A DNA stretch of 64,000 nt from assembly GCA_903952435.1 (NCBI GenBank), contig CAJBFN010000009.1, positions 92 to 64,091 on the forward strand, given 5' to 3'. Source of the DNA: an uncultured bacterium. GTDB taxonomy: Bacteria > Patescibacteriota > Saccharimonadia > Saccharimonadales > Saccharimonadaceae. The translations under genes were made by a program, and so were the position numbers. The notes beneath the pieces were generated by a model. The model saw only the letters and a program-made list of their open reading frames with translations, was not told the origin of the DNA and made no database searches. Shown here piece by piece: positions 9,664-18,780 of the stretch (its first letter is position 1; the number at the start of each line of letters is the position of its first letter).

Positions 9664-10116
9664 TTATTCCATCTGCAATACTTTTTCTACATATTTTCTT
9701 TTAAGACTCTTAAACATATCTATAGGGACTACACCCATTTTATTTAGTAATCTCTTCTGGCTATAGGCACGCACTTGGCTAAGTATCGCCACGCTTGGTA
9801 TGCCGCCATATTCTAAGCTAAAGAAATAGTCACCATCGTGGACTTGCGACGTTAATGGAACTCCTAAAAATAGATTTGTGCTGAATACCCTGAGGACCAA
9901 CACTGGTCTTTCAAAATTGTCGTTTTTGCCATCTACTTCAAACCCAACATTATGCCCAACGCTTACCCAGAAGACATCTCTAGGTTTACAGTGTGCTGTC
10001 GGGCCATCATAGTTATGTACTTTTCTTTTAAGTTTAGTCCAAACATTAAATCTTTTTACATAGACTTTAGGGGTAGCTGCTTTGTTCTGTTTCTGCATTC
10101 TATAAGTATATAACAA
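9664..10116 (-). CDS. PemK/MazF-like toxin-fold protein (no adjacent antitoxin ORF)
   Basis: DVFWVSVGHNVGFEVDGKNDNFERPVLVL...GVPLTSQ matches the MazF/PemK core pattern (GxE..K.RPxlVl...vxPxTS). Confidence 0.65.
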   Translation of the reverse strand: MLYTYRMQKQNKAATPKVYVKRFNVWTKLKRKVHNYDGPTAHCKPRDVFWVSVGHNVGFEVDGKNDNFERPVLVLRVFSTNLFLGVPLTSQVHDGDYFFSLEYGGIPSVAILSQVRAYSQKRLLNKMGVVPIDMFKSLKRKYVEKVLQME

Positions 10117-10171
10117 AAGTATAATTGCTTATTATAGTTTACTTGTCTCAATGGGATAATTGCCATACGAG

Positions 10172-11518
10172 TTATTGTCCAGTAGCCATGAAGTAAAATA
10201 ATGCTAATGTCGCAAGAGCCATAACAACAAAAGATATCCTAACAAAGACATTAGATAATACGCCATTTTTATATTGACCCATGATTTCAGCATTATTTCC
10301 AACCTTCATTATCATCCAAAGCAAAGGCACGGCAGCAATACCATTAAAAACAGCCGTGAATATAAGTGCCTGGATAGGGTCGATACCTATAAAGTTAATC
10401 AATAAACCGACACCTGTAGCAATTATAATTATGGCGTAAAAACCAATAGCATGCTTAAATTTGCGATACAAGCCCTCTTTCCAGCCAAACATTTCACTAA
10501 TTGCATAAGCCGACGATCCAGCCAGCGTTGGTATAGCCAGCAAGCCAATACCTATTATTCCAACTGAAAATATTAATTTGGCGATTAATCCAGCATATGG
10601 GAATCCCTGAACTAATGGCTCAAGAGCTCTGGCTGCATCAGACGCATTATTGATGTCAGTTACGCCATTTTCAAACAAGACAGAAGCACAAACAATAACA
10701 ATAAACCAAGCCGTAACGGATGCCAGCGTCATACCCATAAAATTATCTAACCTAATATTACGCAAAAAACGACGGCTTAATCTTGGAACTTTACCAGCTT
10801 CGCTTAAACGATGATGCGATATCTCTTCTTCAACAATCTCTGAAGTGTCCCAAAAGAAACAGTACGGCGAGATTGTAGTGCCAAGGATACCAACCATTAT
10901 GTAAACCGTTTCAGCATTGATTACTGGCATTGACATAAAGGTGCTGCGAAAAATCTCGCCCCAATCTTGTCCGACTAAAAAGGCTGTTATCGGATAAGCC
11001 AACAAAGCGACAGCCAGCCATTTCAAAATATTGGCATATTTTTTATAATTTACAAATATAACCAACAAAACTATAAAAATCGCATAGAATATTGCCAACA
11101 CTCCATATGGGATATCAACAAATAATTGAGTTGTAGCAGCCATGGCACCAAGATCGGCGCCGATATTTATCGTATTAGCCACAATAACCAATAAAACAGA
11201 CATGGCTAGTAATTTTTTACTGTAGTTACTTTTTATCACTGCCGCCAGGCCTTTGCCTGTAACAGCTCCTATACGAGAACAAGACTCTTGAACCGCCAAG
11301 AGTAATGGATACATAATAGGGAACAGCCAAAGAAATCCTAAACCGAACTTAGCACCGGCTTGTGAGTATGTAGCAATACCAGATGGGTCATCATCAGCAG
11401 CACCAGTTATAACACCTGGGCCAAGAACTCGAATAAACCGACTAAAACGGCCACGATGCATTATATATTTGGTTATATTCTTAGCAAAACGCATCGCAGT
11501 GTTGGTCTTTTTGGTCAT
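10172..11518 (-). CDS. mntH: NRAMP-family divalent metal transporter
   Basis: GPGVITGAADDDPSGIATYSQAGAKFG N-terminal signature; about 11 TM segments. Confidence 0.85.
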   Translation of the reverse strand: MTKKTNTAMRFAKNITKYIMHRGRFSRFIRVLGPGVITGAADDDPSGIATYSQAGAKFGLGFLWLFPIMYPLLLAVQESCSRIGAVTGKGLAAVIKSNYSKKLLAMSVLLVIVANTINIGADLGAMAATTQLFVDIPYGVLAIFYAIFIVLLVIFVNYKKYANILKWLAVALLAYPITAFLVGQDWGEIFRSTFMSMPVINAETVYIMVGILGTTISPYCFFWDTSEIVEEEISHHRLSEAGKVPRLSRRFLRNIRLDNFMGMTLASVTAWFIVIVCASVLFENGVTDINNASDAARALEPLVQGFPYAGLIAKLIFSVGIIGIGLLAIPTLAGSSAYAISEMFGWKEGLYRKFKHAIGFYAIIIIATGVGLLINFIGIDPIQALIFTAVFNGIAAVPLLWMIMKVGNNAEIMGQYKNGVLSNVFVRISFVVMALATLALFYFMATGQ

Positions 11519-11617
11519 TTTAATCTCATAATGCTTACGATTATTTACTTAATAATACCATAGCCAAATCAACAACGCTATATATTATTTGGCCATAAAT
11601 TTGTTATAATGTCATAT

Positions 11618-12181
11618 ATGAAACCGTCAGATACAGTAAAGCCGCGGATAGTCATAATGGTAGGTATACCAGGTTCGGGTAAAAGCTTTTTTGCTGAACA
11701 TTTTTCGGAAACTTTCAAAGCACCGCTAATTAGTATTCATAAAATACGACAAGAATTAACGACCGATTCAGACAATAAAGAAGCCGTAAAACAAATAATC
11801 AATTACATATTAGGCGAAACCTTGAAAACCGGCAAGATTATAATCTATGAAGGCAACACAGATAGGCGCAGTGAACGCACTAATCTAGCCAAAAAAGCAT
11901 ATGAAGCAGGCTATGATCCAATTTTTGTGTGGGTGCAAACCGAGATAAACGATGCTAAAAAACGATCAACAAAAACTGGCGGCCTATCTGAATGTGAATT
12001 TGAGAATAAGCTAAAACAATTCAGCCCACCACATGCTAGCGAACGATTTGTGGTTATCAGTGGTAAACACACCTACAATACTCAACTTAAAGCTATTTTA
12101 AAGAGCATTATTGCCCCATCAGCACCAAAGCCAGTAAATCTAGATAGGCCAGCTAAAACTGGCCGAGTATTAATTAGGTAG
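11618..12181 (+). CDS. P-loop kinase-like ATPase (AAA_33 / polynucleotide-kinase-like)
   Basis: Walker A GIPGSGKS. The ORF starts at 11609, but that ATG overlaps the TATAAT box at 11605-11610, so I prefer the ATG at 11618. Confidence 0.7.
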   Translation: MKPSDTVKPRIVIMVGIPGSGKSFFAEHFSETFKAPLISIHKIRQELTTDSDNKEAVKQIINYILGETLKTGKIIIYEGNTDRRSERTNLAKKAYEAGYDPIFVWVQTEINDAKKRSTKTGGLSECEFENKLKQFSPPHASERFVVISGKHTYNTQLKAILKSIIAPSAPKPVNLDRPAKTGRVLIR

Positions 12182-12196
12182 ATTTAAAAATAAAAT

Positions 12197-12892
12197 ATGC
12201 CAATAATTCAAGATAAAGAATTCGGCAAGGTAACAATACGTCGCAGCCAAATGGCAACTCAAGTCAAAATACGAGTTGCCCCAGACGGCACTTTGCACGC
12301 CTCATTACCCATGTATGCGCCGACCTTTTTAGTTAAAGGCCTATTAAACAGCTCGCGTGATAAGATTCGCAATATGCTATCTCAAGCAAAACCTGAATAT
12401 AATTATGAAAACGGTATGCAAATCGGCAAGAGCCATACATTAATAATTCACACCTCTGACAATAATAATTGTACAGTGACAAAACATGGTCAACAGATAA
12501 TAGTCAAATTACCAGCAGGTATATCACCAAATAATCCAATTATTGCCAGAAAAATCCGCGACACCACAATATCAGCCCTAAAACTTGAAGCTAAGAGTCA
12601 TCTACCACGAAGACTTGATTTTTTGGCCAGTAAATATGGCTTTAATTATAATAATGTAAAATTTTCACACGCCAGCAGCCGATGGGGAAGTTGCAGTAGT
12701 AAAGGCACAATAAGCCTAAACATAGCCCTTATGAAATTACCATTTGAATTGATTGATTATATTATTATCCATGAACTATCACACACCAAACAGATGAACC
12801 ACAGTCCAGAGTTTTGGAAACTTGTAGAGCTAACCGATCCAAATTACAAAATACATCGCAAAAAACTAAAACTACTAACTCCATCGATATAA
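12197..12892 (+). CDS. YgjP-like (DUF45) M48-type metallopeptidase
   Basis: WGSCS...HELSH...NHS.EFW motif set. Confidence 0.8.
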   Translation: MPIIQDKEFGKVTIRRSQMATQVKIRVAPDGTLHASLPMYAPTFLVKGLLNSSRDKIRNMLSQAKPEYNYENGMQIGKSHTLIIHTSDNNNCTVTKHGQQIIVKLPAGISPNNPIIARKIRDTTISALKLEAKSHLPRRLDFLASKYGFNYNNVKFSHASSRWGSCSSKGTISLNIALMKLPFELIDYIIIHELSHTKQMNHSPEFWKLVELTDPNYKIHRKKLKLLTPSI

Positions 12893-12930
12893 TTTTTAAA
12901 TCTAATAAAGTTGTGTATAATAAACATAAG

Positions 12931-14568
12931 ATGTATAAGGGTGGTCTCAACTATACGCAAAATTCAACTAATTTTATCCGTTACGCCGGTTTATTGGCAC
13001 CAATTATTCTAATTGGTTACGGATTTTTTGCCACGTTTAATAATATACCAGTCCTCCATATCGTAAATCCTTTAGGTTTAATTATCTTATCTATATTTTG
13101 GATAGGACTGGCTTTTTTACAATTTTTTATACACAGCAAAAGTCGCCTTGATTCGCTGCTTAGGATATTCGCATATCATTTACTTTCTGGATCATATTTA
13201 ATATTCGTCGTCGGTGTTAGCTCACCATTTACAGCTTTTTGGATTTTATTAACTATCGCTTCATACGTATATTTCTCAAAAATAGGACTACAACTAAATA
13301 TATTATTTTTCATCATAATCACAGCTATCGATATCATATTGCAACAAGGCGGCAACCAAAACAATACAGTATATGACCTTATCGCCTTGATAACAATACT
13401 TATTACTAGCGTTATTATACTTGGTATATTTCAATCCCAAGAAATAGCCAAAAAAGAATTAGATGAATCTCGAGCCGCTGAATCATTACAACGTGATCGC
13501 GTCATAACAATAGTAAATAATCTAGCAGATGCAGTCCTAAGCACTGACATAGAAGGCTTTATTAGGGTTTACAATGCTGCTAGCCTAAATCTACTTGATA
13601 CTAATATTAGTTTAAACGGCAGCCATATTGACGAGATATTGCCATTAATAAATATGCAAGGCGAGCCAATAAGCCTATTTAAAGAGATAAAAAAAGCAAA
13701 AACGGTAATCAAGCGTGATGATTTAAAGTATATATTTAGCGACGGCGAGGAAATGCGCCTTGAGGTGACTTTTTCACCGATTCGCAGCAGCTTTAGTCGA
13801 TCCAAAAAAGCCGAAACTCACGATGGTTATATTATAATCATCCGAGATGTAACAAAAGCCAAAAGCCTCGAAGAAGAACGCGATGAATTTATTAGTGTTG
13901 TTAGCCATGAGTTACGAACACCAATTACAGTTGCCGAAGGATCATTGTCAAACCTTGGAGTTATGCTAAATCATCCAAATATTACTCCAAAAATGCTAAA
14001 AGATGGCGTCGAGATGGCGCATGAACAAGTTATGTTCCTTGCAAATATGGTAAATGATCTTAGCGCACTTTCAAGAGCTGAGCGCGGAGTAGGTAATGAT
14101 TCTGAAATAATTAATGTAGCCGATCTAGCTAAACAAATGCTAGAAAAATACAGCGATGAAGCAAAAGCTAAAAACTTACACTTAGACCTGGACTTATCGC
14201 CAAAAATCGGCAAAATCAATGCCAGCAGATTATATATTGAAGAATTGCTACAAAACCTTATTACTAATGCCATAAAATACACCAAAAAAGGCAGCGTAAA
14301 GATGATATTCGAAAACAAGAATGGTATTATAAATTTTTCAATCAAAGATAGCGGCATAGGTATCAGCAAAACAGACCAAGATAAAATATTTGATAAGTTT
14401 TATCGCAGCGAGGATTATCGAACCCGCGAAACGGGCGGCACAGGACTTGGACTTTACGTTGCATCTAAATTAGCCCACAAACTATGCACAAAAATTCAAC
14501 TTACAAGTCGATTAAATATTGGTTCAACCTTTAATTTTAGCTTACCGGAATACAAAAAATCAGAATAA
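12931..14568 (+). CDS. membrane sensor histidine kinase (TM region, PAS-like, HisKA, HATPase_c)
   Basis: SHELRTPIT H-box; N, G1 (DSGIGI) and G2 (GGTGLGL) boxes. The ATG at 12931 avoids overlap with the upstream gene. Confidence 0.9.
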   Translation: MYKGGLNYTQNSTNFIRYAGLLAPIILIGYGFFATFNNIPVLHIVNPLGLIILSIFWIGLAFLQFFIHSKSRLDSLLRIFAYHLLSGSYLIFVVGVSSPFTAFWILLTIASYVYFSKIGLQLNILFFIIITAIDIILQQGGNQNNTVYDLIALITILITSVIILGIFQSQEIAKKELDESRAAESLQRDRVITIVNNLADAVLSTDIEGFIRVYNAASLNLLDTNISLNGSHIDEILPLINMQGEPISLFKEIKKAKTVIKRDDLKYIFSDGEEMRLEVTFSPIRSSFSRSKKAETHDGYIIIIRDVTKAKSLEEERDEFISVVSHELRTPITVAEGSLSNLGVMLNHPNITPKMLKDGVEMAHEQVMFLANMVNDLSALSRAERGVGNDSEIINVADLAKQMLEKYSDEAKAKNLHLDLDLSPKIGKINASRLYIEELLQNLITNAIKYTKKGSVKMIFENKNGIINFSIKDSGIGISKTDQDKIFDKFYRSEDYRTRETGGTGLGLYVASKLAHKLCTKIQLTSRLNIGSTFNFSLPEYKKSE

Positions 14569-14613
14569 TTTTATCTTAAATTAACCGTAAATTATATGAT
14601 ATAATAAACCGCT

Positions 14614-16026
14614 ATGAGTATTATTTTCAAACGAACAAAAATATTAGCAACACTAGGTCCCAGCACTAACTCTATCGAAATGATTGAAAAATTAGTTCTA
14701 GCCGGAACTAACGGCTTCCGACTAAATTTTAGCCATGGCAATTACGAAGAGCGCGACCAACAAATCGCCTGGATACGCGAAGTAACCAAGAAGACCGGCA
14801 AGCCGATTGCAATCCTTCAAGATTTACAAGGGCCAAAAATACGCCTCGGGACTTTAACTGAGAATATCGAAGTTAATACTGGCGACGAGCTAATTCTTGA
14901 TTTTACAGCCAAACACGAAGGTTTAACTATACCAGTACAGTACAATCTAGCTGAAAAAGTGAAACCTGGTGAGCCACTTTATATTTTTGATGGCAAAATA
15001 AAAACTATTGTTTCAGAAATCATCAGCACTACGGCCATAAAAGTTTGTGTTAAAAATTCTGGTACCTTAATGAGCCGCAAAGGTATTAATTTACCAGACA
15101 CCGACTTTGCCGGAGACATACTAACGCCCAAGGATATGGCCGATATAGAATTTGGCGCTACTCGCGATATAGACTATGTTGCATTAAGTTTTGTGCAAAG
15201 TGCCGAAGATATAAACGCCCTACGACAAATATTAATAGCTAATGGATCAACTGCTCATATCATTGCTAAAGTAGAAACAAAATCAGCTATAGTCGATGAG
15301 ACACTAGAAGAAATCATAAAAGCTAGTGACGGTGTTATGGTGGCTAGGGGTGATCTAGCGGTAGAAACCGGAGCCGAGATTGTCCCAATAGTCCAACGTC
15401 GCATTATCACCCTATGTCGAAAATACGGTCGCCTTAGTATTGTTGCGACTCAGATGATGGCAAGTATGGAACATTCTCCCGAACCAACCAGAGCTGAGGT
15501 TAGTGATATATCAAATGCCGTAGTTCAAGGTGCCGACACGGTAATGCTATCTGACGAAACGGCCAACGGTGAATACCCATTAGAGACAGTGGAAGCTATG
15601 AAAAAAGTTATTTTATACACCCAAGATCACGAACCGGTTGAACCACTAAAAGACCGACTTTTAGACAACGAAAAACGCCGCGACGCTATCAGCGTAGCAG
15701 CTATCAGTATAGCCAAACAATTAAACGCCACTGCAATTATTGCCGAGACCAAATCTGGCGCAACTTCTGCTAATATTGCGACGCATCGGCCTAATTCCAC
15801 GATCATAAGCGTAACTAGCGAACCAAGGACAGCCCAACAACTAGCCCTTTGTTATGCTAATCGCAGCTATATTCGACCAGACAGTAATAACACTGGACTT
15901 GAACTAGCTAAAGAACTAAAACAACAGGGCTACTTTGCCCAAAGAGAATTAAGCGTAGTCATAGTCAGCGGCCAGCAACCAACCGCAGTTGGCACAACCG
16001 ATATGATAAAGGTTTGCACAATCTAG
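14614..16026 (+). CDS. pyk: pyruvate kinase
   Basis: TKILATLGP, NFSHG, MVARGDL, SDETA motifs. Confidence 0.95.
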   Translation: MSIIFKRTKILATLGPSTNSIEMIEKLVLAGTNGFRLNFSHGNYEERDQQIAWIREVTKKTGKPIAILQDLQGPKIRLGTLTENIEVNTGDELILDFTAKHEGLTIPVQYNLAEKVKPGEPLYIFDGKIKTIVSEIISTTAIKVCVKNSGTLMSRKGINLPDTDFAGDILTPKDMADIEFGATRDIDYVALSFVQSAEDINALRQILIANGSTAHIIAKVETKSAIVDETLEEIIKASDGVMVARGDLAVETGAEIVPIVQRRIITLCRKYGRLSIVATQMMASMEHSPEPTRAEVSDISNAVVQGADTVMLSDETANGEYPLETVEAMKKVILYTQDHEPVEPLKDRLLDNEKRRDAISVAAISIAKQLNATAIIAETKSGATSANIATHRPNSTIISVTSEPRTAQQLALCYANRSYIRPDSNNTGLELAKELKQQGYFAQRELSVVIVSGQQPTAVGTTDMIKVCTI

Positions 16027-16145
16027 CCACGCCATAATTACCTGTAGTACGTGCATAATTAATCGCTTGACTAATCGCACCTATTAGATTAGAGTAGTAC
16101 TTGACAGTCTGCTCCGAGCAGGCTATTTAATTTTAGGAGAGAAAA

Positions 16146-16460
16146 GTGGTCAAAAAAGAACAAAAATCAAAGACTAAAAAGCTTTCTTTACCGAATGTTT
16201 TAAGTTTATTCACAAAAAAAGCCAAAGAACCAAAAACTCCAAAAGTAAAAAAAGATCCAAAAGGTGCATTAAAAATGCTATTTTCCCTTGGCGGATATTT
16301 CAAAGGCGCTTGGATTGAGTTACGCCAAGTTCGTTGGCCAAATCGCAAAGCTACCTGGAGCCTGACTTTAGCAGTTTTACTATTTACGATCCTATTTTTT
16401 ACCCTAATAGTATTACTTGATGCCGGTTTTAAAGAACTATTTAATTTAATTTTGAAATAA
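16146..16460 (+). CDS. secE: preprotein translocase subunit SecE (long Lys-rich N-terminus)
   Basis: GTG start after AGGAG; ELRQVRWPNRKAT plus one TM; directly upstream of nusG. Confidence 0.8.
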   Translation: MVKKEQKSKTKKLSLPNVLSLFTKKAKEPKTPKVKKDPKGALKMLFSLGGYFKGAWIELRQVRWPNRKATWSLTLAVLLFTILFFTLIVLLDAGFKELFNLILK

Positions 16461-16471
16461 AGGGAGAATAT

Positions 16472-17017
16472 ATGACAAAAAATCGATATGACGATACACG
16501 ACAATGGTATGCAATTCATACTTACAGTGGCTACGAGGAAAAAGTTGCTGATAATATTCGCCAAAGAATAAACGCCGTTGATATGGCCGACAAGATCTTT
16601 GACGTTATGGTTCCAAAGGAAAAACAGATTGAAATTAAAAACGGCAAACGTAAAGTCGTTGAAAAGAAAATTTTCCAAGGATATGCATTAGTCGAGATGA
16701 ACTTAACAGATGAGACTTGGTATATTATTCGCAATACCCCTGGCGTAACTGGATTCGTCGGCACCGGCACCGAGCCAACCCCTGTTTCGGAATCAGAAAT
16801 CAAAAAAATCAAACGACGTATCGGTATTGAAGATCCAAAACATCAAATCGACTTTAAGATTGGTGAGGTTATTAGCATCGTCGATGGTCCATTTAAAGGA
16901 TTTGATGGTGCAGTTTCCGAAATCGATAACCAAAAAGGCAAAATCAAAGTTATGGTTAGCATGTTTGGTCGTGATACATCAGTAGAGCTTGACGCATTGC
17001 AGGTATCTAAGGTATAA
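16472..17017 (+). CDS. nusG: transcription termination/antitermination factor NusG
   Basis: WYAIHTYSGYE N-terminus, KOW region, synteny. Confidence 0.95.
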   Translation: MTKNRYDDTRQWYAIHTYSGYEEKVADNIRQRINAVDMADKIFDVMVPKEKQIEIKNGKRKVVEKKIFQGYALVEMNLTDETWYIIRNTPGVTGFVGTGTEPTPVSESEIKKIKRRIGIEDPKHQIDFKIGEVISIVDGPFKGFDGAVSEIDNQKGKIKVMVSMFGRDTSVELDALQVSKV

Positions 17018-17063
17018 TACCCCAGTTACAACGCTTCTTCATTTAAAATATTAAGGAAATTAT

Positions 17064-17489
17064 ATGGCAAAAAAGATTATAGGAAATTTGAAATTACGAA
17101 TTCCTGCTGGTCGTGCGACTGCAGGTCCTCCAGTTGGCTCAACTCTTGGTCAATGGGGCTTAAATATGATGGATTTTATCAATCCATTTAACGAAGCAAC
17201 CAAAGACTTAATGGGTAAAAACGTTATCGTTCACCTACAAGTTTACGAAGACCGAACCTTTACTTGGAAATCACTTGGTCAACCAGTTGATGACTTGATC
17301 CTTGAGAAAACCGGTATCAAAAAAGGAAGTGGTAAACCACACTCTGAAAAAGTCGGAACAATTACCCGAAAACAACTAGAAGAGATCGCTGAAATTAAAA
17401 AAGACCAACTAAATGCAATAGACATGGAAGGTCGTATTAAAATCATCGCTGGCTCTGCTCGCTCTATGGGTGTTGTAGTCGAAGGTTAA
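17064..17489 (+). CDS. rplK: 50S ribosomal protein L11
   Basis: KLRIPAGRATAGPPVG..LG motif. Confidence 0.95.
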   Translation: MAKKIIGNLKLRIPAGRATAGPPVGSTLGQWGLNMMDFINPFNEATKDLMGKNVIVHLQVYEDRTFTWKSLGQPVDDLILEKTGIKKGSGKPHSEKVGTITRKQLEEIAEIKKDQLNAIDMEGRIKIIAGSARSMGVVVEG

Positions 17490-17507
17490 TCAACAAAACA
17501 TAAAATT

Positions 17508-17540
17508 AAATATCGCGGCCCAAAACCGCGATATTTTTTA
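17508..17540. terminator. bidirectional intrinsic terminator
   Basis: AAATATCGCGG-7 nt-CCGCGATATTT, with T/A runs on both sides. Confidence 0.75.
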
Positions 17541-17556
17541 TCAATCAAATATGATA

Positions 17557-18576
17557 TTACGTGGTCTTTTCTATCACCCGAATAGCACCCTTGTCATAAT
17601 AGGGGCCAGATGGAATATATAAACGACAACATCTTTCAACCAGACATTTGCCACAAGATCTACGCCATGACTCAGACAGCCTTAGGTTATCTACATCTAA
17701 TTCCCGAAAATCCGATCCTTCTTTAGATGCAGCAGGACGATTACCCAGGCTCTTGCTGCATAAATTCGACGATAACAGCCAAATCGAGTTAGTAAGCTCC
17801 AATGGGCAAACATCCCGATTTTTTAGATAACCTTGGAACAACTCTCGCAGCGAATCTTCTACAACATGGCTGTATATATAGAAATCACGAGGCTCAACAG
17901 TAATCATTTCCGTAGCCAAAACAACTCTTAATGCATGAAAGTCCACTGGCATCGGGAAGCTCGTTTCAGATATTAGATTCTCGTTCATATAAAAATATAA
18001 GATCATACTAGTCATCTTTTCACGAAAACCATTAAAACCGCTATTGCCCGTATTCTTGATACGTTCTACGCAATCTTCATAGGTGTTAATATCATTGAAT
18101 ATATTGCGAGGGTCACCATCATATTTGTCGATCAATATTTGCGCATTTTTTACCCAACAATCAGCCACTGCGTGCTGACGACCGAGCCTATAAACACTCA
18201 ATCTGTCCGATACTTCAACGGGATCGGCTTCTGCTAAAGACTTACAGTCGAATAAATCAGGGTTTTTGTTAAAGATATCTGTCATTCTTTTGAAAGCCAT
18301 ATCCGTTTTTACACCACCCTGCATATAGCTGCATATATTCCAAAAGAACATGGCATGCTTTGAGCTGCCATGATATTCTCCACCGGGCCGTAAACTATCA
18401 GGCTTACACTCCTGAGGCAAGACCGATTCATCGTAAGGTGGCAGATTATTTCTGTATCCATCAACCAAGACATCTAACGTCTCGTAGGCGCTTGGATTAA
18501 TCGTTATCTTTAAATTAGCACCAGTCAAGGCTTCGCGATTTTTCAGACCGACCGACAGTTTTTCAGAATTTGACAT
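17557..18576 (-). CDS. HhH-GPD-like DNA glycosylase-family protein with C-terminal Cys cluster (putative)
   Basis: PVDFHALRV resembles the PVDTHVxRV helix-hairpin-helix element of the EndoIII/MutY family; C-terminal CGKC-x4-CC cluster. Family assignment is from motif memory only. Confidence 0.5.
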   Translation of the reverse strand: MSNSEKLSVGLKNREALTGANLKITINPSAYETLDVLVDGYRNNLPPYDESVLPQECKPDSLRPGGEYHGSSKHAMFFWNICSYMQGGVKTDMAFKRMTDIFNKNPDLFDCKSLAEADPVEVSDRLSVYRLGRQHAVADCWVKNAQILIDKYDGDPRNIFNDINTYEDCVERIKNTGNSGFNGFREKMTSMILYFYMNENLISETSFPMPVDFHALRVVLATEMITVEPRDFYIYSHVVEDSLRELFQGYLKNRDVCPLELTNSIWLLSSNLCSKSLGNRPAASKEGSDFRELDVDNLRLSESWRRSCGKCLVERCCRLYIPSGPYYDKGAIRVIEKTT

Positions 18577-18780
18577 ATGGCTAATTGAACCGCATCAGCC
18601 CAACTGGGTCAACCACAAGCATATTGCAATCAGCCACATAACCCAATACCGCAACGGCTAAAACATCATTTTCTACGCTGATATAGTAATTATAAGCCGA
18701 TTGTGATATAATAGTCATATAACAATCAATGTTGGGAGGCCCGAACAGCCGTTATTACCACAGAAAGGATTTATTAAATT

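Noticed and set aside
9584-9766. 60-aa plus-strand ORF
   Set aside because: It overlaps the 3' end of the MazF-like gene antisense, is low-complexity and has no SD.
12765-12950. 61-aa minus-strand ORF, and the 12814 start of the histidine kinase
   Set aside because: Both overlap the end of the DUF45 peptidase gene. The kinase start at 12931, just after a TATAAT box, removes the overlap.
16133-16678. 181-aa minus-strand ORF overlapping secE and nusG
   Set aside because: It is a shadow ORF antisense to two well-supported conserved genes. The same reasoning applies to 1379-1564, 2035-2274, 3904-4086, 4321-4641, 5333-5810, 6366-6557, 8393-8602, 13176-14369, 16531-16812, 17648-17830, 18774-19028, 19229-19589, 20937-21152, 21686-22387, 27090-27548, 28191-28805, 29539-30654, 32223-32513, 33144-33414, 35502-36479, 38226-38593, 39068-39868, 41941-42126, 42533-42724, 43510-43875, 45618-45926, 50072-50491, 52305-52505, 53496-53711, 54496-55275, 55668-56675, 56955-57176, 57552-58046, 58470-58883, 59532-60034 and 60846-61881.
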